Shown here: positions 54,644 to 64,000 of the stretch, piece after piece | How the letters are laid out: each line of letters starts with the position of its first letter | How positions within the stretch are numbered: position 1 is the first letter of the stretch | From: Octopus vulgaris | Lineage: Eukaryota | Direction of reading: 5' to 3' | DNA: 64,000 nt | NCBI GenBank assembly: GCA_951406725.2 | Contig: OX597814.1 | Span: forward strand, 15,314,001-15,378,000 | Translations under genes and position numbers: made by a program | Notes under the pieces: generated by a model | Databases searched by the model: none | Seen by the model: only the letters and a program-made list of their open reading frames with translations | Told to the model about the DNA's origin: nothing

Positions 54644-57014
54644 TTATTTGGGCTAAATTTAACGTTTTATGGCTCATTTTTGGAGACATGAATAAAGTTG
54701 TAGTTCGAAAAAGATAGCTATCCTGGGGGATTGGAAGCTATTTGAACAGTGGAAAAGAGTTTCTTGTAAATTGATGATTCGCACCGGATTTCAAAATATG
54801 CCGACATCACGACTTTTGCTCAGTACTCTGTGAACACTGTAAAGACTGTAAGGGATGGCAGGGACAAAGGAAGGAGAAGAAAAAGGCTTGTCGGTGTCAC
54901 ACCATAAATCGCAGTTCGAATATAACCCATTTTCTGTTGTTTCGTTGAGTGTGCAAATCAATAGTGTGTAGAAATACCGCACCCTGATAAATGGCTAAAG
55001 GAATGGTACGTTTTATTGAAACGAGTAACGATGCGTTGGCCTGAGACAATAGTAAGGGGATTGGAATGTGATCGCAAAACCGATTTGCATGGCGACTTCA
55101 TAACTCTTCCGGTGTATTCTGTGTGCAAACATTTGCAGATGATGCAATATATTGACTCTAAAAGATGTACATCAGATGTTTTGAAAGGAGAGGTGTTACA
55201 TCGCTGGACGAGGGTATTTAGAAGTATGTCGATGGGCGCCATGCAGTTTGTAACTATTGTTTTTCTAGAATGAGATCAGGTGCAGAAAAAATGCACACGT
55301 CTCTTTATATATTTCTCAGACACAAAGAAGTATGAGAGAGATGCGGAGAAATATATATGTACGGGAGAAAAACAGAGAGAGAGAGTGGGGGAGGGAAAGA
55401 GAGAGCGGAAAGTATTTGGTATTTAAAGAATTTTCTGTGCGAATTCTTGAATTACTTCAAAGTTTGAAATCGGTCTTGTGAAATGCTTACATGTGTATTT
55501 GAAAATAAATATTTTTAAATGTATGTATTTATAATTCATCACTATTTATTATTTTCTTATTCCACATTGCTTTGTATATACATAAATCATTTTCTGTTAT
55601 TTTCGTTTCGATGTTCTGTTAATTTGATGTCTAGTTATATATATATATATATAATTATTCTAAAAATACCATTAACATTCCTTGATATTTAATCTAATAA
55701 TATCTTTAAAATGTTTAAGATAGGTAATACTTTGCTTTTGTTGTTGTTTCTGTTGCTGTATGTTAGCTAAGTATTTTATTGCTTATAATCATTCCAAAAT
55801 TTGATAGTAAGATAGAATGGGTTTCAAATTTTGATAAAATAATCTCGGTTTTATTTTGATTTCTCACCAAAATATTTTATCTATACATCCAAAATCCCCA
55901 CCCATTTCCGAATTGCAACGGAGCGGAAGTATCTATAAACTTTCCCATAATATCAGACACCATACACGATGACCTTCTCTGTAACTTTATACTGCGGTTG
56001 TTACCATGTGCAAAACATTTGGGGATGTTACGTTAATCGAGTAGAAGTCTTTTATTTATTTAATCTATTTATTTACTCATTTGCGAAGCATGTCGGAATA
56101 TAATTTATTATAAATTGTGAACCAACGAGTAGATTGCTACATGGTTGCTTCACCTGTTAAAACTAACCAAGAAATATAATCTTACCTAACATTATACCGT
56201 CCGAAAAAGAAACATTATAACGGGTAATATAGTATTAAATATACCATACCTGAAAATAATAAAAGGGTTAAATCTAATATTGAGAAGATATTCAGAAGAT
56301 ATTTTTCTTAAATAATTTAAATTAAGTAAAATATAGACCCAAATTATTAAATTTATGAGACTATTCAATAAAGAGAGAAAATACTGCTAAGATAGATCAC
56401 GAAATGGTAAGTTAACAATTATACTAAGAAATTCTCAAGAACTTATTCACATAGAAACCATAATTACACTTATGCTTTCATTCCGAAGACAAAGGGTTCC
56501 ATCCATTCATAAGCATTTAGTACCATTTATCTGGAAGAATATGGTTTTCTCCAAGAGTCGGCACTTTAGGAGGGCTTGCATTGCTTGGGAGGCAATGCAT
56601 ATAAGCTGGCTTGCAATGTGTGGGAAATTTCACAAAGGTAATGTGTACCACCTCAGCTTACAAGATATGAAATTGTTGTCGATGGTGTTTTGTTGTTAAT
56701 GGTAGTGATGAATATTGTTGTAGTAGCGGTAGTAGATGTTGTGGAGGTGGTGGTGTGTGTGGTATTTTTAAACCACATATATCAGTATTTCTCAAGCAGA
56801 TAAAAAGCGTTCTAAATGTTTCAAATCAGTTTTTTTTTTTATTTTTCGTAGATACGGTGTAATTCTAACATTATAATTTTAGAAGAGCAGAGCGTGATTT
56901 TGTAGAGAGTTGACTGTTCTTTTTAGCAGTTCAGATACAATGTAGAAATGCTTTTGTCTGTTGATTCTGACCAAATGTTATGCATATCTCTATTAAATAA
57001 ATGCGGCAAATACA

Positions 57015-57237
57015 TACCAGGATGTTTTGTAAAGCTTCTGGCTTTGGATAAAAGAAAATACAGGAGGATCAGTTAACTATGATTTTATTCAACATATTCC
57101 CCCTTCAGATTCACACACATATTGCAGCGGTCATTCAGGTCTTCTAAACTCTTTAAAAGAACTTGTAAGTTTGGGCCTCCAATCAGGCCTTTTGCGACAC
57201 ATCCTTAAAGCCAAGAACTTTTCAGCATCTCATCGTA
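57015..57237 (-). mobile_element. Mariner-derived MITE
   Basis: Degenerate TIRs (TACGATGAGATGCTGAAAAGTTCTTGGCTTT at the right end); minus strand GGGGAATATGTTGAATAA = GEYVE*, a typical mariner transposase end. Confidence 0.6.
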
Positions 57238-57369
57238 TAAACTTTAGATGATATTCTCACTAGAACAATAACAATACATTTGTATATAAGCAGAATCAGA
57301 AATAATTATTCATGCAATATCATAATTTTAAGTATATGTAGGATGGCATACACTTTGGTTGAATTGATT

Positions 57370-58080
57370 CTTCCTTTTATGCTGGTGTTCAATTTATTAT
57401 TCCCTGAAGGATTTGTTAAGGTTGACCTCAGTCGTATCTGAACTCAGAATCCAGTAAAATATAACAAAATTTTACAAGGAATTTAGAATCACCATCTACA
57501 TTCACTTATTTTCTGCTTTCCTCACATTAATAAATATCAATGTCTAACTCTGAAAACTATATTTTAATACTTAACGGAAGAAAATAGTCGATTGTATCGA
57601 TCCAGATACGCGGTGAGTACTTATGTTATATATATATATATATATATATATCAAAACAGGAAAACTCAAGACCGACTTCGGTGGGATTAAATTCGAGCAT
57701 GTAAAACGACGGAATTAAATATGACAAAGTATTCAATCCTGAACTCTACTGATTTACAGAATTTCCGACAAGTAATAAATATTAATGTTTAACACTGACA
57801 CCAGATGTTCACATTTGCATGGGAAGGGGCGATAATAGAGGAAAACTACTTTGCACATATTTAATATTGTTTTCAAATTTCTGCACTAGATCAGTAATTT
57901 CAACGGAGGAGTAAGTCGATGAATTCGACCCTGTGATTAACTGGTACTTATTTGATCGACCACAAAATTATAAAAGGCAAAGTCGAGCTCGAAAGTATTT
58001 CTACTGAGAACCTAAAGACGGACGAAATACCGCTAAATATTTGGCCCTACGTGCTAGCGATGATGCCAGTTCGCTTCCTT
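57370..58080 (-). mobile_element. Cluster of three degenerate family A SINEs
   Basis: Recurring GTCGA..CTGGTACTTA and GGCAAAGTCGA..CTCAGAA motifs near 57400, 57600 and 57940. Confidence 0.65.
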
Positions 58081-58361
58081 GTACATATATAATATTAAGT
58101 GGTTGTATATTGAATATGTTGATTACTGTATTGAATATCAGTTCGGTTAAAATTATTTCCTGGTGTAGAATATAAAACAACGAACCTGCGGTAGTTTTTT
58201 GCGATTCTCAAAAGAAATGTAATTTTTTAAAATTAAGTTTGCGTACCAAAAATAATGCTTAGGAGAAAAGCAAATTTAAGCACGACACAATTTGAACCCT
58301 GAACCGATCTTGATTTTAATGAGCATTGAAAGTCATAAACTCTAATGATTTTGAAATTTAC

Positions 58362-59126
58362 GGATCTTTTCCTTTTGAACGGCAGTTTTCAACACAATTT
58401 CTAGTTAACTAAACACTTTAAAACTTCGTATACTGGTTGAATGTATAAAACATTTTTTTTGTCTTGGCTTTCTTGAGAAAATTGCAAATTGTTTGTAGAT
58501 TAATCTTTCGAATTTTAACCAATGAATCGTCTCTATTGAGCAAAAATCATTTGCTGCGTCTAAAACTGAGACAACATCCTGTCACTGTTATGTTTACGTT
58601 CGGAAAGAGTGTGTATAAAATTATAGAATTATTTTGTTTGTTAATTGTTTAAATTATTTTCCATTGCTTTTGTTTTAGCCTTTCGTTTTTTTCTTTCTTA
58701 AGCAATGGAAAATAGTTTAAACAATACACGTATCTCAAAACAAAAACAAAACGAATAATTTTAGACACACGTGTAACAATTAAATTAATTTAACAATTTA
58801 AAAAAAAACGAAAGGCTAAAATTTAGGGTTAGGGTTAGGGTTTGGGTTAGGGCTAGGGTTAGTGTAGGGTTAGGGTTAGGGTTAGGGTCAGTGACAGGAT
58901 GTTGTCTCAGTTTTAGGCGCAGCAAATGATTTTAGCTAAATAGAGGCAATCGATTGGTTAAAATTCGAAAAATTAAACTACGTTAAACTTACAAATTACA
59001 GTTTTCTCAAGAAAGCCAAGAGAAAAAAATGTTCTATTTTGACACCTTCTACCAGTATACGAAGTTTAGAAGTGTTTTGTTAACTAGAAATTGTGTTGAA
59101 AACTGCCGTTCAAAAGGAAACAATTC
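58362..59126. mobile_element. Merlin-like non-autonomous DNA transposon (long TIRs, 8-bp TSD, internal TTAGGG repeats)
   Basis: ~230-bp TIRs at 58362-58587 and 58889-59126; left end starts GG; AAATTTAC duplicated at 58354-58361 and 59127-59134. Confidence 0.8.
58823..58887 (+). repeat. Interstitial (TTAGGG)n-like array of about 11 units
   Basis: TTAGGG units with variants, inside the MITE. Confidence 0.9.
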
Positions 59127-59417
59127 AAATTTACTGTTCCGAACGATATATATATAAAATGATTTCTTGCGTAGAGACACTTTCAGTGTTGCTTTTATGA
59201 CATATAACAAAAAATAATTCTTAATCATACATTTAAATAGATTTATGGCCGATTCATAGTTTTTAAAAACCTGAGAATTTTCAATCTCGTCGATGTAAAA
59301 CAATAAATTACAAACCAAATAACTTTCTGTTAGCGTCTACGTTTTCTTTCATATTATGTTTTGAATTCATACATACAGATATACCTGCTGACATACATGC
59401 ATACATAGATACATCTG

Positions 59418-59476
<59 letters not shown>

Positions 59477-59477
<1 letters not shown>

Positions 59478-59776
59478 AAGGTGCGTGGCTTAGTGGTTAG
59501 GGGCATTCGGCTCTGATCGTAAGGTCGTGAGTTCAATTCCCGGCAGCGCGTTGTGTCCTTGAGCAAGACACTTTATTTCACGTTGCTCCAGTCCACTCAG
59601 CTGACAAAAATGAGTAGTACCTGTATTTCAAAGTAGTTGTATTTCACAATTTCACACGCTGAATCTCCCCGAGAACTAAGTGAAGGATACAGGTGTTTGT
59701 GGAGTGCTCAGCCACTTGCACGTTAATTTCACGAGCAAGCTGTTCCGTTGATCGTATCAACCGACGGAGTGCTCCT
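59477..59776 (+). mobile_element. SINE family D with tail i
   Basis: D head and CORE-like segment joined at GTACCTGTATTTCAAAG to the tail found on family C copies. Confidence 0.88.
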
Positions 59777-59809
59777 TATATGTATATATATATATATATA
59801 CATATAGGG

Positions 59810-59847
<38 letters not shown>

Positions 59848-60024
59848 CAGACCTAATGTATACTAATGAACTAATTGGTATCCCTGTTTTCTAACTCGAT
59901 AAGAATGATTGATATTTTACGATATTTTGTATAATATATTCATTGAAGAAATATCTCTTCAAAATATAATATATTAAACCAGTGTTACCTTCGATAAAAT
60001 ATACCTATGAGAGGTTTAAATATC

Positions 60025-60067
<43 letters not shown>

Positions 60068-60119
60068 CACACAGAGGGAGGGTGAAAGAGAAAGTGGTGT
60101 ATGTATATTTATATCCTGA

Positions 60120-60365
60120 ACGGACCCAGACAATCAGATATTGTTACACATCATTAGTCACAATGCGCTTTGCATTGTTTTAGCCTTCGAATGATGCAAC
60201 CCCGCTGGCTGGGCGTATAACCAACGTTCTCCGCTGATAAAAAAAAAAGGGACAACAGCCACGTGAAATAAAATTATTTGTTCATGAACACAAAGCACCA
60301 CCAGGTTTGGGAATCACACCTACGGTCTAGCGATCCTGATTTCGACACCCGAAGCACAAGGCCTA
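60120..60365 (-). mobile_element. SINE family D-like head with tail ii
   Basis: Tail ii (CACAATGCGCTTTGCATTGTTTTAGCCTTCGAATGA) joined to a degenerate D core (CACGTGAAATAAAA..TTGTTCATGAACACAA). Confidence 0.7.
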
Positions 60366-60439
<74 letters not shown>

Positions 60440-60441
<2 letters not shown>

Positions 60442-60652
60442 TTTTCTACTCTAGGCACAAGGCCCTAAATTTTGGGGGAGGGGGCCAGTCAATTAGGTCG
60501 ACACCAGTACGCAACTGGTACTTAATTTATCGACCCCAAAAGGCTGAAAGGCAACGTCAACCTCGGAGGAACTTGAACTTAGAACGTAAAGACAGACGAA
60601 ATACCGCAAAGCATTTCGTCCGGCGTGCTAACGTTTCTTTTAGCTCGCCGTC
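60440..60652 (-). mobile_element. SINE family A with A2 tail, full length
   Basis: Family A head and core; tail CCCCCAAAATTTAGGGCCTTGTGCCTAGAGTAGAAAAG. Confidence 0.88.
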
Positions 60653-61361
60653 TTAGTGGTATATATATAAACTGCATATAATACAAACGCATATATCAAC
60701 TTTTCCTGACACAGTAAATAAAACTTTCTTCGGTAATTTTAATAAATGGCAAATACAGATGTCTCTTAGTGTTGGGTAGGAAAACATTAAAGTGGATGTA
60801 TTATAGAATTTAGAAGTTTTATTGTAGACAATCATATAACGGTTAAGTAATGAAAATTAACTTTAATACCTTCCCTTCGACACCACACTATTGCTCGTCA
60901 CACGATGAATAGCAGGCATGCTTCAGGTGAGATGTCGGAATGTTATCTAATCAGATTTCGGGAGCAATTTCGCACGTCTATCCAATTAATTCTGTCCATT
61001 ACAGAAATTGTGAAATATTGTTCTAAATGTGCGACGGCAAATCTTGCCAAGTATTCAGAAATTTCACACATGCGCGTGAGCGTATATATTTATATCGAAC
61101 ACAAGACTGTTTTGCTATTAGCATGGTGTAATTTTATCTACAGAAAGCTTAAGAAGTATTTTGCCTGGATTACTAATTCCTTATCATACACACACACACA
61201 TACACACACACACAAACATACACACGCACACACACACACGCATACACAAACACACACACACACAAAAACACACACACACACACGCACACACACACGCATA
61301 CACAAACACACACACACACACACATATATATATACATCTACATGGTTAAACACACACACAG

Positions 61362-61393
<32 letters not shown>

Positions 61394-62169
61394 ATACATA
61401 TCATAATGCGCTCGTGTGAGCGTATGTGCGTGTTTTTGCGAGAAAAAAAGGCCTATAATATTACAAATTTACTTCGTTACCTATATCAACAGTTGTTATG
61501 ATAGTAGCATGTTGACTTTTAACGAAAATCATAATGTCAAATGTTTTTTTTTTCCGCCTTTATTTTATATGACTAGAAACCCATTTTGTTTCCTGACACA
61601 GGCGAGACACTTCTATAATTGTAATCGCAAAGTTCAAGGAAAACCTAATTTAATGAGTAAATTATCGAATAGCTAGAATAGCTAATTGCAGTAATTAAAG
61701 CAGTGTTATCAAAATGTCTGTGATGACTACGCACTTACAGTGTGTATGAACAGAACAATCAAGATTTTTCCTGTGCGCTTTTCTAATACACAGACAAAAA
61801 TACGCACGCTCACGCATACCTACACATATAAAAAACGCATGCACTTATACGCAAATTGTGCTTCTAGGGATAATTTGTTGCGTAGAAGTTGCCCTCAGTT
61901 GAACTAAATCATTAAAACTCTTTTCATTTTGGTTAGAGAAATAATACACCAAGAATAATTTTCCGAAGCTGACGACGAAATATCTGTGTCATTGCCCGAC
62001 ATGCTAAAAAGAGCTACTGAATTTTCCCCAATTCACGTCCGGTTGCCTTAAAAAAAAAATATGTACACGCCGAAATTACAGACTTGGCGTTGCACAATAT
62101 GTAGACAAAAGGTCTCTCACTGAAGATGTATGTTTTTAGGCTTTCCCGGTGAGAAATTACTTTCAGCTA

Positions 62170-62280
62170 AATTATACACACACACACATACATGCAAGCA
62201 CACATGCAAACACGCACACACACACACATGCAAACACACATACACAGACATATACATGCATACATACATACATACATACA

Positions 62281-62313
<33 letters not shown>

Positions 62314-62472
62314 GCATGTATATATATGCGTGCATATATGTATGTATATCTATATATATATATATATATGTTTATTTACATATATATACATATTTATATA
62401 CATATACATATATACATATATATATATATTTATATATATAGATATATTTGTATATATATATATATATATGTA

Positions 62473-62515
<43 letters not shown>

Positions 62516-62531
62516 TTTGTATATATATATA

Positions 62532-62570
<39 letters not shown>

Positions 62571-62592
62571 CGTATATATATATAACTTTATG

Positions 62593-62631
<39 letters not shown>

Positions 62632-62800
62632 CACACACAATCACACATATTAATATACATACGTACATACACATACATTATATATATAATGTGTGTGTGT
62701 GTATGAATGTATGTGCGTGCGTATATATGTACGGCTACACATATATTCACATGTATATGTACGTCCACACGTCCACCCACATTCAAACCCGTGAGTGCGA

Positions 62801-62869
<69 letters not shown>

Positions 62870-62870
62870 G
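62170..62870. repeat. Compound CA/CATA/TA microsatellite block
   Basis: Continuous low-complexity di- and tetranucleotide repeats. Confidence 0.95.
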
Positions 62871-63159
62871 TGGTTAGAAGAGAGAGTGAGCGATGGACAG
62901 AGGCAGACAGATAGACAGAATGACTGACAAACGCTTTGTAAAGCGGCTGATTATATGCATAGCGAAAACTCCTCTCCACTGTACGGACCTAACCTGTACT
63001 GGTAATACGTGTAACAACCCCCAATCTAGTACAGTGTAAATTTCATCACGGTTTGATTGAAATTCATCGATCGGGGTGTCTCTAAACATCATCACGTCGT
63101 TTTAATGTTTTATAATATTATCTTCGTAGGCCACGCTTCTTAATAAATTTTCTGTGCTA

Positions 63160-63466
63160 AGAAGCCTGCTTGCGAACTACATGGTTCTGGGTTGGTAGAC
63201 GGAAACTGAAAGAAGCCCATCGTATATATGTATATTTATGTGCGTGTATATGTGTCTGTGCTTTTCCCTCCAACGTCGCTTGACAACCGATGCTGGTGTG
63301 TTTACATCCCCGTAACTTAGTAGTTCGGCAAAAGAGACCGATAGAATAAGTACTAGGCTTACGAAGAATAAGACCTGGGGTCGATGTATTCGACTAAAGG
63401 CGGTTCTCCAGCATGGCCGCAGTCAAATGACTGAAACAAGTAAAAGACTAAAATAGTAAAAGAGTA
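63160..63466 (+). mobile_element. SINE family B with internal deletion
   Basis: Family B match with (GTAAAAGA)-type tail. Confidence 0.88.
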
Positions 63467-63494
63467 AGCTGAATTTAAGAATTCTATGTGAGTG

Positions 63495-63945
63495 CTATCT
63501 TCAGCACCAACAAAAACGCTTGTATGTGTTTGCGGACTCCAAAAAGGTATTTGCCAGGATGTAGCATGCAGCAGTCTGACCAACCATGAGGCTATATAAC
63601 ATCATCAAAGCCACTAGAGCGGTTTGTGTGAACGGCAGCTTTGGCGAGTGGTCCAAAACAACAAACAGTGTAAGCCAAGGCTGCTCGCTCTCGCCAACAT
63701 TTTCCTGGAGAGGATTATGACCAATGCACTGGAAGACCACAATGGCACGACTAGCATTGGCCGTAAAAACGTAACAAACCTGCGCTTTGCAGGTACTGTC
63801 GGAGTGGCGGGTTCAGAACAAGAGTTGAAACAACTAGTAGAGCGTCTAGATAAGACCTGCAATGAATTTGGAATGGAGATAAGCGTAGAGAAACCAAAAG
63901 TTATGAGAAACTGCTCTACGGAATCAGTACTAGGAAAGGGATAAA
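63495..63945 (+). pseudogene. RTE-clade LINE reverse transcriptase fragment
   Basis: LYVFADSKKVFARM*HAAV*PTMRLYNI (cf. VF.DFKKAFDRV) and ANIFLERIMTNALEDHNGTTSIGRKNVTNLRFA...FGMEISVEKPKVM; the catalytic FADD is mutated. Confidence 0.85.
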
Positions 63946-64000
63946 CGACTAAAACACTTGTATGTGGTTTTACAGCATTTTCGACGGCCAGTGATTGAAA

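Noticed and set aside
54958-55273. Overlapping 94-aa and 85-aa ORFs in unique sequence
   Set aside because: No recognisable motif, and the lengths are compatible with chance.
58823-58887. Telomere or chromosome-fusion scar
   Set aside because: A short single-orientation array enclosed by transposon TIRs and a TSD.

Overview
AT-rich eukaryotic DNA saturated with microsatellites ((TA)n, (CA)n, (CATA)n, (TATC)n, (GA)n, (ATT)n, (ATG)n). The repeat landscape suggests an octopus/cephalopod intron or intergenic region (inference, not database-checked). I found no host protein-coding exon, rRNA, true tRNA gene or CRISPR array; nearly all listed ORFs are microsatellite or SINE translations. The window holds: (1) dozens of tRNA-derived SINE copies in four head families (my labels A-D) that visibly swap 3' tails; (2) decayed LINEs (R4/Dong-like with restriction-like endonuclease, CR1-group, RTE) and Penelope-like GIY-YIG remnants; (3) mariner derivatives and a Merlin-like MITE with internal TTAGGG repeats; (4) short fold-back inserts, mostly in (TA)n tracts, carrying hammerhead-ribozyme (HHR) motifs typical of Penelope-like pseudo-LTRs. 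The best leads are HHRs with compensatory core changes (G3-C8, U3-A8) or an ~86-nt helix II, and an R4/Dong-like family whose three copies are associated with (CATA)n repeats, suggesting microsatellite targeting. Coordinates were read by eye and may be off by a few bases.
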